Source: Strigamia acuminata
Lineage: Eukaryota
NCBI GenBank assembly: GCA_949358305.1
Contig: OX442314.1
Span: 33,170,001-33,234,000, forward strand
Length of the DNA: 64,000 bases
Direction: 5' to 3'
How positions within the stretch are numbered: the first letter of the stretch is position 1; each line of letters begins with the position of its first letter. The notes under the pieces were generated by a model. It made no database searches and was not told the DNA's origin. It worked only from the letters and a program-made list of their open reading frames with translations. A program made the position numbers and the translations under genes. Positions 11,479-23,107 of this stretch are shown piece by piece.

Positions 11479-14400
11479 TCAATTCCAACAGAACTTTGAG
11501 GCTTTTCCTCGTTGTTGGTAAGGTTTTTTAAATACTGCAGTGATGTTTCGCACGAAATTTTCATCTGCATATTTGGGATTTGGTTTTCGTTCTCGTCGTG
11601 GACGAGTGCTAGTTCGTGGAACTATCGGTTGGGGTTTGCGGGGTTTTCGAGGCGGTTTCTTTGGAACTTCGCCTCTTTTTAACGCCGCTTTCCTTTCCAT
11701 AGCAGTTAAGCGTTGTCTATGTCTATGTTTAGACTTTGTGGACGCAGATTTGTCAATCTGCACGGAAGTTGAGTCGGATAATTCCATTGGAATTTCTGAG
11801 GAAGTTTCAGGAATTAATTCCATTTCCTCAGCATCCGGAAGTTGATTACTTTCGTCCATCCATTTAGGATTTTCTTGAGGCGAGTAAGAGGCGGACTTTT
11901 GTCCTATTTTCCAAGTCTCAATCGGGTACGACGGAGTATAGGGATACAACGCTTTAATATTCACTGATTTTTCAATCGAACCATCAGCTAATTTGCGTAA
12001 TTTATACGCTCCGCCAGGAAGTACTTTAGTAATTTCCCACGGTCCATCTCTCTTTTCAGCAAATCCAGCGGAGATATTTTTATCTGCGCACGAGAGAATG
12101 TGAGTTTGTTTCCAAACTAAATCTCCAACTTCGAACTCCGTAATTACGAACTTTTGTTCGTCTATTTTCCTATGTCGTTCAAAATTCAATTGAATTCTGC
12201 GATGCATCTCTTGATGCGATCTGCGCAATACATCCAATAGTACTCTGACATATTTTTCTGGATTTTCTTTGTCAAATGGATTGGCATGTTTGATAATCCT
12301 TGGGTCGAAGGGTAATGTTACGATTCTCCCCGTGTTGAGTAGCATCGGGCTTGAACCCGTTGCCGACGAAACGTTATTTCTCACCGCGAACGCGAATTCG
12401 TCTAAATAACGTGGCCTTTGCGTGTGCACATCTGTGTACAATGCCAGCATCGTCTTTATATCTCTATTGGCTCGCTCTGTCGGGTTTGCCTGGGCATGAT
12501 ACGTGCTTGTATGGGACGGGCGAATGTTGTACATTTCGCAATACTCATTGTAAATATCGGAAACAAATTGTTTTCCGTTATCGCTCACAATCTTTTTGGG
12601 GTGTCCCCATCTGTTTGTAACAGATCTTAGTTCTTGAACGCAGTTAGCGCTCGTGGCTTTGGTCAAAGCCTTAATTTCAACGAACTTGGTACAATTGTCA
12701 ATAATGACAAAAATATACTGGTTTTGGGACCTTCCCGCGGGTTTCGGGCCCATCAAGTCCATGTTAATACATTCCCAAGGATTGGTCATGTTGTGTGGTG
12801 TGTAAGGAGCTGCGTGCCTTTTCTGTTGAATAGGCTTGTACTGAGCACAGTGCGTGCAGCTTTTGACGTAGTTCCTGACACTTCTACTCATACCAGGCCA
12901 GAAATATATTAAACGCGTTTTCTCAAGCGTCTTACTCATCCCAGCGTGACCGCTTAGGGGGTGGCCATGACAAGCGAAGAGTACCCGTTTTACGAGTGAA
13001 CTGGGTACAACGGCTTTAAAGCCGTTTCCCGAATCGTTTAATTCCTCTTCGAACGAAGCGTTAAAATAGATGATCATTTGATCACCATCAACTTCTTTTT
13101 TGTCCAAACAATAGTTTTTGACTTTGTTTTTCCATTCTTTTATTTCAGATTGTGGTATCCCAACAACCTTGTCATTCAATAAATATTCCCGAATGCGTTT
13201 GCATTCAGTATCTAGTAACTGAGCATCTATTATTTCTCTCCTTGTAGGAGGGACTTCTTTAAGTACTTCAGTCAACGCACTGTACAAGGTTTCTTGTACT
13301 TCCTCCCCCTCCTTTTCTTCAGAACATTCTTTAGAATTTTCTGAAAAATAGGAACGCACACTAGCCAAATATTCTCGTTTTTCTGGGGCACGATTTAATG
13401 AAACAGAAGGATTTCCGTCCCACTCAGGCCAGTATTGTTTAATTTCAACAGGTTCCACATGATCACGAAGAGGAATGTCTTCCTCTGTTAGTGGGGCTCT
13501 AGAAAGTGCATCCGCAACTTGATTAGCAGCACCTTTTCGAAAAACAATTTTAAAATTTCCACATTGGATTCTTAAGGCCCATCGGCCAAATTTCCCAGAT
13601 GGTTCAGGCGTTCGCATCAACCATTTCAGTGCTTCTGCATCTGACTCTAAAGTGAATGTACCATATTCGAGATATGGTTTAAATCGATCGATAGCCCACA
13701 CGACTGCGAGACATTCGAGTTCTGGCGTTGTATAACGCTTCTCCGCTCCACGTAAAACTCTGCTTGCATAAGCTACAGGTCTGGGTACAGAAATATTTTT
13801 CTGCTTCTTTTCATCGAATATATCGACGTCTTGGCACAGGACAGCTCCTAAACCTTCATGAGAAGCGTCAGTCATGACGACAAATGGCAGAGTCATGTCT
13901 GGTTTGTGTAGACAGTTGTCACCACAAAGTAGCTCTTTAATTTTATTAAAAGCTTCTGTCTGCTCATCTCCCCATTCAAATGGAGTTTTCTCATTCATCA
14001 TACGTGTGTATGGTGCGGCAATAGTTCCGTGATTTGGAACAAACTTCCTGAAGAAGTTAGTCATGCCGTGAAAGCGCTGAATGTCTTTAGCACACGTGGG
14101 GGTGGGAAATTTCATGATCGCCGATATTTTATCGGGATCACCGAAGAGACCTTCGGGTTTAATCCAGTGGCCCAAGAATTTTAATTCTGTACGCCCAAAA
14201 CAAGATTTCGCTTTATTTATTGTCATGTTGGCTTGGTTAAGCCTTTCCAAAACATCTCGAACATGTTTGAGATGATCATCCCAATTATCTGAATACACAA
14301 TTACATCATCCAAATAAACTAACGCGTAGTCTTGCAAAGCTGAGCCTAAAATGCCTTCCATCAGACGCTGGAAAGTACAAGGCGCATTGCAAAGGCCGAA

Positions 14401-15675
14401 CGGCATTCGCACAAATTGATAAGGGCCGTTTGGCGTATAAAACGCCGTTTTTGGACGATCTTCCTTACACATTTCGACTTGGTAGTAACCTTTAACAAGG
14501 TCAATAGACGTAAAATACTTTGCCGGACCAGTATTATGCAACAAAAGGTCAATACTTGGCATTTGTATTACTTCGACTTCAGTGATGGCATTTAGCCACC
14601 GGTAGTCAATGCACATCCTATACGAGCCGTCAGGCTTCGCAACAATGACGGGATGACTTATGAAGGGCCCTTTGGCCTTTTCAATGAGTCCATCCTGTTC
14701 CAATTCTGCAGCTAGTTTGGTCATAATGGCTCTCTTGGCCGGGTTATACATTCTATACTGCATTTTGGGCAATGAATGCCCTTCTTTGAACTTAATACGA
14801 TGTTGGGTCACGTTAGTGCACCCAACTTGATCACGAAATACATTCGGTATCGAGTTAACCACTTCGCGAAGTGCTAGTCGTTGTTCTGGAGTGCAGTCGC
14901 TCTCCTCAACTAATTTTTTATCCCAAGTCAACACAGGAGTGTCTGTTAACTCAATTGAGTTGAGAGTGGACGACAGTCCTAAATAATCGAAAGTAATTCG
15001 ATTTAACGGGGCGAGGGCCAAATTGGCTTCTTCCGACTCATAAGGGGCGGACCAATTGGGTTTATCTGCACAAGAGAACTCTTGTAAATGTGGATGCGGA
15101 CTAATTTTCTGTCTGCGCATGAAATTGTGACCAAGTATCAAGCCACAAACTCGTTTTGCTAAAACGATGAAATTCATTGGTGTAAGTTCATCAGCCCATT
15201 GCACGCACAAAGTTATTTGTCCGACAGGCTTGTGTGCTACGCCTACAGCGTTAACCAACATATTTCTGGGGGCCTCTTGCAAAAAATCTGGCAAAGCCTG
15301 AGTTTCCGACAAGAGTTGTTCCCCAATATAACATTGAGATGCTCCTGTATCCATGAGCGCGTTGTAGGTGAGCCCACCAATTGTGATCTTCATTCGAGGA
15401 TCATCTTTATTATTACCTAAAGTAATATTGTGCAAATTGTTACCACCTATGACTCGATTGAGTCGGCGAAGTCTACAGAATTTCTTCGTGTAACACTTGT
15501 GTGGAAACAATGTCAGATTTTTTAATTGTTCTGTCATTTGTTGTAGATTTTCCTCTACTCCGCCACTATGACTAGTGGCTACTTCGAGACAAGTTGTGTC
15601 TACATCCATAAATAAAGATTCCAACGCAGCATTAGCCACTTCTGGGGGATGGAATAGACCTTCGTCCCCCGGATC
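11479..15675 (-). CDS. pol: Gypsy A Pol (protease, RT, RNase H, integrase), reached by -1 frameshift
   Basis: Protease LMDTGA, RT YLDD, RNase H TDAS..ELECLA..ADALSR, integrase H-H-C-C plus D,D,E (MDLMG, SDNG, TERAN) and GPW motif. No internal stops. Confidence 0.97.
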   Translation of the reverse strand, partial: DPGDEGLFHPPEVANAALESLFMDVDTTCLEVATSHSGGVEENLQQMTEQLKNLTLFPHKCYTKKFCRLRRLNRVIGGNNLHNITLGNNKDDPRMKITIGGLTYNALMDTGASQCYIGEQLLSETQALPDFLQEAPRNMLVNAVGVAHKPVGQITLCVQWADELTPMNFIVLAKRVCGLILGHNFMRRQKISPHPHLQEFSCADKPNWSAPYESEEANLALAPLNRITFDYLGLSSTLNSIELTDTPVLTWDKKLVEESDCTPEQRLALREVVNSIPNVFRDQVGCTNVTQHRIKFKEGHSLPKMQYRMYNPAKRAIMTKLAAELEQDGLIEKAKGPFISHPVIVAKPDGSYRMCIDYRWLNAITEVEVIQMPSIDLLLHNTGPAKYFTSIDLVKGYYQVEMCKEDRPKTAFYTPNGPYQFVRMPFGLCNAPCTFQRLMEGILGSALQDYALVYLDDVIVYSDNWDDHLKHVRDVLERLNQANMTINKAKSCFGRTELKFLGHWIKPEGLFGDPDKISAIMKFPTPTCAKDIQRFHGMTNFFRKFVPNHGTIAAPYTRMMNEKTPFEWGDEQTEAFNKIKELLCGDNCLHKPDMTLPFVVMTDASHEGLGAVLCQDVDIFDEKKQKNISVPRPVAYASRVLRGAEKRYTTPELECLAVVWAIDRFKPYLEYGTFTLESDAEALKWLMRTPEPSGKFGRWALRIQCGNFKIVFRKGAANQVADALSRAPLTEEDIPLRDHVEPVEIKQYWPEWDGNPSVSLNRAPEKREYLASVRSYFSENSKECSEEKEGEEVQETLYSALTEVLKEVPPTRREIIDAQLLDTECKRIREYLLNDKVVGIPQSEIKEWKNKVKNYCLDKKEVDGDQMIIYFNASFEEELNDSGNGFKAVVPSSLVKRVLFACHGHPLSGHAGMSKTLEKTRLIYFWPGMSRSVRNYVKSCTHCAQYKPIQQKRHAAPYTPHNMTNPWECINMDLMGPKPAGRSQNQYIFVIIDNCTKFVEIKALTKATSANCVQELRSVTNRWGHPKKIVSDNGKQFVSDIYNEYCEMYNIRPSHTSTYHAQANPTERANRDIKTMLALYTDVHTQRPRYLDEFAFAVRNNVSSATGSSPMLLNTGRIVTLPFDPRIIKHANPFDKENPEKYVRVLLDVLRRSHQEMHRRIQLNFERHRKIDEQKFVITEFEVGDLVWKQTHILSCADKNISAGFAEKRDGPWEITKVLPGGAYKLRKLADGSIEKSVNIKALYPYTPSYPIETWKIGQKSASYSPQENPKWMDESNQLPDAEEMELIPETSSEIPMELSDSTSVQIDKSASTKSKHRHRQRLTAMERKAALKRGEVPKKPPRKPRKPQPIVPRTSTRPRRERKPNPKYADENFVRNITAVFKKPYQQRGKASKFCWN

Positions 15676-15684
15676 TAGTTTTTT
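15644..15684 (-). promoter_or_regulatory. -1 programmed ribosomal frameshift signal (same in copy B at 35842-35882)
   Basis: Slippery A AAA AAC directly before the gag TAG, a 7-nt spacer, then a GGGGGA..TCCCCC stem-loop. pol is in the -1 frame. Confidence 0.85.
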
Positions 15685-17903
15685 GAACTAGTCGCACTTG
15701 AATCAGCAGATTCTGGCTTGATCAAAGTCTTGACCATTTCTGCCAACGAGTTGGTCAGCGAAGTTTGTAACTTATTTTCAAAAGTATTTAATTTCGCATC
15801 AAGTTTAGCATCTAGTGTTGCATCCAACACTTCTTGAGTTATCCATCTGTTATTAGGACGTTTAGAAGTAGGATCCACAGTCGGGGAATCCGGTGTACTT
15901 CGTTTTGGCAACTCTTCAGAGTTGAACTTTGCACGTGGTTTTAAGTCTGGACATTCTCGACGCATGTGTCCTGGTTTCTTACAGTGGTAACAAACTAATT
16001 GACCACGTCTGGTCTGATCTACTGCTCCATTTATTAAATAGACAGCTTCACATTCTTCGGGTAACTCTTCATCACAAATATTAAGTTGTTCTTGTGAATC
16101 CAAAGTTAAAGATTTAGCATTTGTCTTTAGCTGAGGACGAGTGTCAGTTTTCCGAGGTGGGAAAACGACTGGATTGGAAATAATTTCCCTTGCTCCATTA
16201 GCCGTACGACTGTACAAGCCTTTATTTTTAGTTATAACGGTATAAATCTCTGTCAGAGGTAAATCCGCTATGCCTTGCGTATGCAAAAGCAAATCGTTAG
16301 CAGGAGTTACACTCCCGATAAAAAGACAACCAGCCCCTTTTGCATCAAGACTGTCTTGTAATATCCATAACTGGTAATATTTGTGCATAAAGTCGTAAAG
16401 ACTTTCTGTCTCCAGTTGTTTCAACTTAGTTAGTTGGTTCGTCCGCTCTTGTCGAGTGGCTACAAACCGTTCTTTGAACGCCTGTTCAAATACTTCCCAA
16501 GATATGAAATCTTCTCTTCGTTCATGAAACCAACCATGCGCTTGTTCGGTTAAATAACCGGCCACGCCTTTAACAAGCATGTCATCGAGTGACATGTTTC
16601 GCAGGAAAGCGACATTTTTTACAATATTGAGAAAGCGTTCGCTTTCTTCTGCTTTTCCGGAGAATACAGGGATATCTGGTGGTTTCAAACAGTTAGTTTG
16701 AGGGACAGTGGCGGAACTTTTTCCTGCCTGCATCAACTTGTGCATGGTCGTGGCAATTGACGCGAGGTCATCAGCTGTCATTCCAAAGCTACTGGGGGGG
16801 CGCGAGTTGTCGTTTGACGACCCGCCATTGTTTGGTTGACTCGAGTTATTTTGACTTGAGCCGCCACTATTGGGGTTGAAATTATTCGACCCTCTTTGAT
16901 TTGGCTTACTGTGGTTACCAAAGTTCGAATGGTTATTCGAATTGCCTTGGTTTCCATAATTCGAATGATTATTAGAATTACCCTGATTGTCAAAATTCGG
17001 ACGGTTGTTCGAACTTTCTTGATTACCAAAATTCGGACGATAGTTCGAATTACCTGGCGTACCCCGATTCAAATAGTTATTTGAATTTCCTGGAGTTCCA
17101 GTAGAAGGATTATTTGGGTTATTCGAGTTCGGAGGAACTGGGTGACCCCTTTGCATGTTAGGTGCTGGACTAGAATTGTTTACAAATCTAGAATTTGGGT
17201 CAAAACGGCGGTTTGGACCTCTTGTCGCACCTGAATTTGGGTTCAAATTTCCAGCGAGATTCGGACAACTATTTGATCCGTTTGGAAAACTTGGATTAGG
17301 GTTGGCCATATTAGGCAGACCCAAATTCGCTCTGTTGAACGTATTCTCAAAGTTCTCTGGATTTGTAAATCCTCTTTGTTGGTTGCGAGCGAAGTTATTC
17401 GCTCGTAATCGTTGTTGGAAAGCACGATTAAAATCTCCTGGTGTCAAATTCGACTGATCTTGACGAGGAGGTTGTGCATTTTTATTTCTATATCTAGAAA
17501 TAGGCGTCGAAGGAGTGGGACTAAAATTATTTAATCTTTGGCTGGCTGGGGAATGGGTTTGCTCCGACGTAGCACGAGGTGCGTGCACAAAATCTAACAC
17601 TTCGGTCAAAGATCTAAATTGGTTTGGGTTCAAACCGTGATCCTGACAAAATAGTAGACCGCCTCGGCCTAAATGAGAACCTTCAGGAATGCATTCCTCT
17701 TCTCCAGGCGGAGTAGGTTCGCGTGGAGCCCTATTCTCTCCAGATGGTCCGGCTGTTTCATTTGAAACGCCATTATGGACCGCGTGGTTTTCCACTTCTT
17801 CAGTCCCATTAGGAACAGGTATAAACCCGGATAGATTCATTCCACCGGTCAAACAAGTTCTTTCCTTACCACGGGTGTTCATATGATGCTGGTTATTAGT
17901 CAT
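15675..17903 (-). CDS. gag: Gypsy A Gag (742 aa)
   Basis: Asn-rich low-complexity N-terminal half, capsid-like region (FSGK..YLTEQAHGWF..SWEVFEQAFKERF), zinc knuckle CYHCKKPGHMRREC. Confidence 0.95.
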   Translation of the reverse strand: MTNNQHHMNTRGKERTCLTGGMNLSGFIPVPNGTEEVENHAVHNGVSNETAGPSGENRAPREPTPPGEEECIPEGSHLGRGGLLFCQDHGLNPNQFRSLTEVLDFVHAPRATSEQTHSPASQRLNNFSPTPSTPISRYRNKNAQPPRQDQSNLTPGDFNRAFQQRLRANNFARNQQRGFTNPENFENTFNRANLGLPNMANPNPSFPNGSNSCPNLAGNLNPNSGATRGPNRRFDPNSRFVNNSSPAPNMQRGHPVPPNSNNPNNPSTGTPGNSNNYLNRGTPGNSNYRPNFGNQESSNNRPNFDNQGNSNNHSNYGNQGNSNNHSNFGNHSKPNQRGSNNFNPNSGGSSQNNSSQPNNGGSSNDNSRPPSSFGMTADDLASIATTMHKLMQAGKSSATVPQTNCLKPPDIPVFSGKAEESERFLNIVKNVAFLRNMSLDDMLVKGVAGYLTEQAHGWFHERREDFISWEVFEQAFKERFVATRQERTNQLTKLKQLETESLYDFMHKYYQLWILQDSLDAKGAGCLFIGSVTPANDLLLHTQGIADLPLTEIYTVITKNKGLYSRTANGAREIISNPVVFPPRKTDTRPQLKTNAKSLTLDSQEQLNICDEELPEECEAVYLINGAVDQTRRGQLVCYHCKKPGHMRRECPDLKPRAKFNSEELPKRSTPDSPTVDPTSKRPNNRWITQEVLDATLDAKLDAKLNTFENKLQTSLTNSLAEMVKTLIKPESADSSATSSKN

Positions 17904-19026
17904 AACTAAACTTAAAACTAAGAAAATTTCCTAAGTCTGAGAGATAACGATGAAATTGCAAAAGTTCAGGAGGATCGCAAACGAAGCAGTGGTCACACTA
18001 GTTCGAAAGGAAGTAAGGGTACTTCGATACACCTCTCTGATTGGTCAAACATCAACGCTAGTTCTCGCGAGAGTCCAATCTCGTCCGAGATTGGTGGAAA
18101 TCATCAAGTTCGTGGAACCGTAATCTTGACAGATTCCAGTGTTATGACGTAGTCACCAAACAAAATGGACACTTTTCAAAATATTTTAAAATATCACCGC
18201 ATTTATTATTAAATGAATGATCACCTTTATGGAATTTTTTAAAGTTTTAAAACTCGTAATTTCAAAAGACGTGCCAATTCGTTTGAATCGACGGCTTTTC
18301 TGCACAACACGGGTTGCTAGGCAACACAACAGCGAGAATTCTTCTTTGCTAAAAATTCGAATGGTATTCCATTCGTAAAATTCGATTTCAATGGCTTGAG
18401 ATCACGATTTTTAACCAACATTTTAATGTAGATCAAGTCTGTAAAATAAGGTAAACCCACTTTGAAATAAAATATAAATTTTAATTCCTTCAAAAATCGT
18501 CAATTTTTTCTAATTTATTTAGGCAAATAAATTTAGGTTTAACTTGAAGTCTCAAGCAAAATACATATAAAAGAATATTCTAAAAATTAAAACAACCGTT
18601 AAATTGATAGAATTCTTTAAGAATTCCATCAAAAGTCAACTTTTCAAAATTAGGCCCGACCGCGTGGTTTTGTCAGATTGTCGACAAAAAAAATGACGCC
18701 ACCCGGGCGGGACCAACCTTAACAAGTTCGGGCAAGATTCTCATTCTCGGGTTGGGCCTTTTGGGCCTGACCACGCGGTAGAAATTATTATTTTGTTAAA
18801 ACGTATAATTTCCACGGCGGAGAACCGGAACAAAGTGAATTACACTTATTTTCTTGCGAGAAGTTCTAAAACAGAATAAAATATATTAAACACAAATATA
18901 AATTTCGTTCGAAACTCATTTTACACACCAAAAAATTTCATTTGAAATTTTATCACCGCAAGCATATTTCCGAATTCTCATAAACACACGAAAAACTTCA
19001 AAATTTATTTTAAATTTAGGCAGCCT

Positions 19027-19044
19027 ATCTCGGTAGAACCTCCA
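19027..19044 (-). promoter_or_regulatory. Primer binding site (tRNA-Gln) of Gypsy A
   Basis: TGGAGGTTCTACCGAGAT lies 2 nt from the LTR end and is complementary to the 3' end of metazoan tRNA-Gln (..ATCTCGGTRGAACCTCCA). Confidence 0.85.
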
Positions 19045-19046
19045 CT

Positions 19047-20791
19047 TGTGACGATTCTACTTTTGGCTGATTTAATAGCCATTTAAGATAGATAACTAAT
19101 CGGTTTATACAAGACGTTGCTAGGAGTAGCAACAACCTAACCGAGATAAGCTACGGAAGTCTTTACAAACATGGCACTTGATCGAATAGAAATAACTTAC
19201 AGTTTTGGTGTGACATAACATATTTATTACTAAATATTAAGGACAACAAAAATGGGTTCTTCACGCGTGTAAACGGGCGGCATCAACTGGTTGAGGATCC
19301 GGGCGAAGCCAGAGGGATACGGCTGACTTGCGGCATCGTCACAAATATCGCTACGGAGACGTATTTGGTCCGCAGCATCGATTATCTAAATATGCGAAGA
19401 GTCCTACGCATAAACAGGAATATTCGGCAGAATATTCCATTGTTTTAAATGAATAAAAGTCAAGTGATTAAAATAATACAACAAATGAATTGTTATATAA
19501 ATATTAATTGGGCGGGGACCGTCACGACAATTGAGAGAACGTCGCGGGAGTTGTTGAGACTCCATCCGCCAGCATGACGACAAGATCTCGTGATCAGGCG
19601 CCGAGTATTTAATTGTGTGCTTTAACTCGCTATCGGTGGTACCAACCACCAGGTAAACATTTCTATGGACTTACCGGGTTTAAAAGATATTGCCAATACA
19701 GGATTACCAATGCCCGAGTAATTTGTTTAACACGATATATTTTATATATCGTTCACGGGTTACTAACCCGGAGGGTACGATGGGGCGGGGACCGTCACGA
19801 CGGTCGAGAGAACCATCGCGGGAGGATTTGACTCCTCCATCCGCCAGCATGCCTTACGATGGCGGGATCCAATGATCGAGCACCGGGTAAAATATTAATC
19901 GGCCACTGCCGTTGGATTACCATTATCCAGGTAGTTGTTTCTCGCAACATCTTTAGATATTACTCACGGGCTACCAACCCGGCGTGTCGCCTGTATATTA
20001 GGCCTTTACCGACTTTTAACGAGCGGAAGGACCAATCGTAGAAAGACGGGAACCTGCGTGGGTTGTTTACAACAACCATCCTGCAGCGGACTGTGGCCAG
20101 TTAGCTGAGGGACCTACTTTCATTTAGCAAGGTCGTACTGTATACGACCGTTATATTAAGCCACCGTACGAAATCCTACTGTCCCGTAGAACAGCTGGCT
20201 AACGTTACGGGGCCATTTCATGCGAATGCATGTCTATTACCGGAGTTAGCCTTCCCGAAATAGCCCTACAACAGCAATAACAAAATAGTAATGAATACTA
20301 ACTGTGGAGAGCTGAGGTGGCCTGATGTGTCGATAGAGAATAATGAAATCAAACAATAACAATTCAACTACAGACAATATACAAGTTCAGTTATCAAGCA
20401 AGGGGCAGGGGGAAGTAAGAAACTGATGCTTATATAGTTCTGTAGAACTACTAGATTGGCGACAGCCAATCAGCGTACGAATCGGCGGATTCGTGGGTCA
20501 CTAGTCCGGACCTAATATATGACTATGTCCAGATGGGCCCAGTTGGGGTCCGGAAGGGTCCAATTGGTTCCCTTCGACAGGTAAGTAAAGTGGATATTGA
20601 TTCGATAGAATCAACATCATCAAGTAATTAATACTTAATTTATATCGAATAAAATAGTTATATTTTATTCACCGTGTCTAAATAATTATTTATCACACTA
20701 TTTAGTTTTTAACCGAGTTTGAAATACGCGCGTTGGTTAAACAGCGCCATCTATGGTGAACATTGATAACTATCGATTTGTAATCATCACA
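19047..20791 (-). repeat. 5' LTR of Gypsy A (1745 bp)
   Basis: Direct repeat of 6419-8170, adjacent to the PBS. Confidence 0.97.
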
Positions 20792-23107
20792 CATGGTCAA
20801 ATTCCAAGCACGAGATCAGGCTATATTTCTCAAAATACGGACCAATCAGAAAACTTAAATTGAACAAGGGCAAAAAAAGTGGAAAAATCCAATACCAGTT
20901 TGCAGAGACCGCGAAAAAAAATAATAGGCAAGGTTCTGAAAAGGAATATAATGGAAAGTTGATCCGTATCAGGAATGCCTAAAAAAATAAATGAAATGGT
21001 CGAATCATCCAATAGTCAACACCTAAGATAATTTTGTTATTTCTAAGTGTGAATGTTAATAATTTGTTTCTAACATTTTGTTTATTTAATTCTTATTTCA
21101 TAGGGATTCTGTTCGGGCCATGCGGGCCACATGGACCAGACGGTTCTGGTCAATTCGGCCAAACCTTTGACGATGGACTTGGTTTTATAAGAAATGCTGG
21201 CGTTGAAAGATGCTTTCGCCATCTTGCAGCAACACCAAGTCGTGAATGCAGGGGTTCAGGCACCGCCTAAACCTCTGGTCGTGGGCCACCAAACCCCGTT
21301 CGCGGCGCCATTGCCTCTCCCGGTGCCAAATCCGCCTGGCTTCGACTTTGAAGCTGTGGAAAAAGCAGTTTTAGTCGTGCCCAAGACGTTTGAGCCGGAA
21401 ATTCCAGTTTCTTTTGAAAAATGGGTTATGTTATAGTAGAATGTGATGATTTTTTGTTTTGTTTAGTTTTCTCAGAATGTTAGCCAATCGCAGAGCGGCA
21501 TTTATGTAAACAAACACGGGCCATTAAAACAGCTCTAGAATGGGAATTTCGCTGTGATCAATCTTGCACGGCACTGGATTACAGAATACCTTATTCTGTG
21601 ACCGGATAACTAAGACTGAGGTAATTCGTCAATTTAACACCACGCTTGGAATGCGAGGCGATGTAGAGTGTGTATTGTTTGGATTTGGAAGCGTGCGCTG
21701 GCCGAGTCCTAAGTGAGTGTGAAAGAGGATTATCGATTGGTTTTGTCAGTTTTGGGGAGGTTCGGAGATTGGTGTGAGGGTATTTTTGTTTTGGAATATT
21801 ATTTGTAGATAATTTTTAGGTTTTGGTGATTTTTTATTTGGTTTATTTTTTTACAACTACTTGTACATTGTAGCATTAACTAGAATAAATCGATGTTAGT
21901 CGAATTCTCAACGATTAACCTGAGAAAGCTAATGGGCCCATTGACTAATCAGAATCATATTTTTTTGCATTTTTAAGTATTTAACAAATCCGTTACTGGT
22001 TTTATTCTTGTTTTGCTATGGAATGCTATGATGCATCAAACCTTAAATATATATGATCCAGATCATATAAAGAACGCAGAATTCCTCACAAAACATATCA
22101 TGTGTCGCACCACGTTGCTTCATGCTTCAAGCTTCGTGTTTCGTGCTTCTGCATTAGCAATATTGGTCTTATTCTTCTAATATTTTGTCACATTTATGTT
22201 TGAACATTTTCAAATGACCATGACACCTGCCTTACAGCGCGTGCTTTTTCCGGAAGTATTCCCAACCAATGAAAACTCATTCATCGGCGCGAGTTTTTTG
22301 TGGACAACCCCACTGGGAATCCCAAAAGAATTGCTGGAAAATTGGTCGTCAATATTACCAGATCCGTCACAATTAGAAAGCGATTTGATGAGAGCAGTGC
22401 TGGCAGTGTGTGGTTTTTAACTGTATTTTTATTTTAATTAATCATGGATAATGATTATTTTGCCAATTTCATTTATTAATTTAGTTAATTCATACTTATT
22501 TGTTGTCATTCTTTAATTAGATTATGAGATTTTTGTTCCTTATGCTTTGTGTATAATTTATTTGTTTATCATTTATATTTGATTTGATTCACTTTTATAA
22601 TATAGTTCCTGTTATGGCAGGAGGCGTAATCGACCTACCCGCAAAGCTATCAAGGACTTTCGTAATAAAGCGCGACGTGATGGTGATGGTGAAGAGTGCG
22701 TCGTTTCACGCTATTGCTCCCCATATCCAGTTCCGGACCTATTCTTGGACCGATTCTTATGCCACCTTATCATCCAGACCACACTCGTTGTCCAGCATTT
22801 ACAAACTTTGAAATTTGCCCATTGTGCTCTGGATGGATCACCTGGACGATGGAATGAAGGAGTGGGATTATCGTAAATTATTGTTTTAAACATTTATGAA
22901 ATAGTGAATTAATTAGTTTATTTTTTTTTTTTTTTATTCTTGTCGTCGGTGTAGCGCCATAGCGTCGTAGCGCGCGATGGGTCAAAACTTTCCTTTCATA
23001 CTGCGTTTCGTTTCATCGCACATGAATACGCATCAGTTCACTCGACAGCATCGCACGTTTTGTTTGCAAGGTTAGTGGTTAATTGTCCAATTACTCTTGT
23101 GGTTTTT

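Larger units (their letters stand above)
6419..20791 (-). mobile_element. Ty3/Gypsy LTR retrotransposon copy A, full length and apparently intact, three ORFs
   Basis: TG..CA LTRs at 6419-8170 and 19047-20791; PBS, PPT, gag, pol (PR-RT-RH-IN) and ORF3 are all present. The 4-bp TSD is AATG/CATG, and the empty paralogous site has AATG at 51752-51755. Confidence 0.97.

Noticed and set aside
22936..23107. Helitron boundary for the satellite-bearing insertion
   Set aside because: No clear A|TC 5' end or CTRR|T 3' end with hairpin on either strand.
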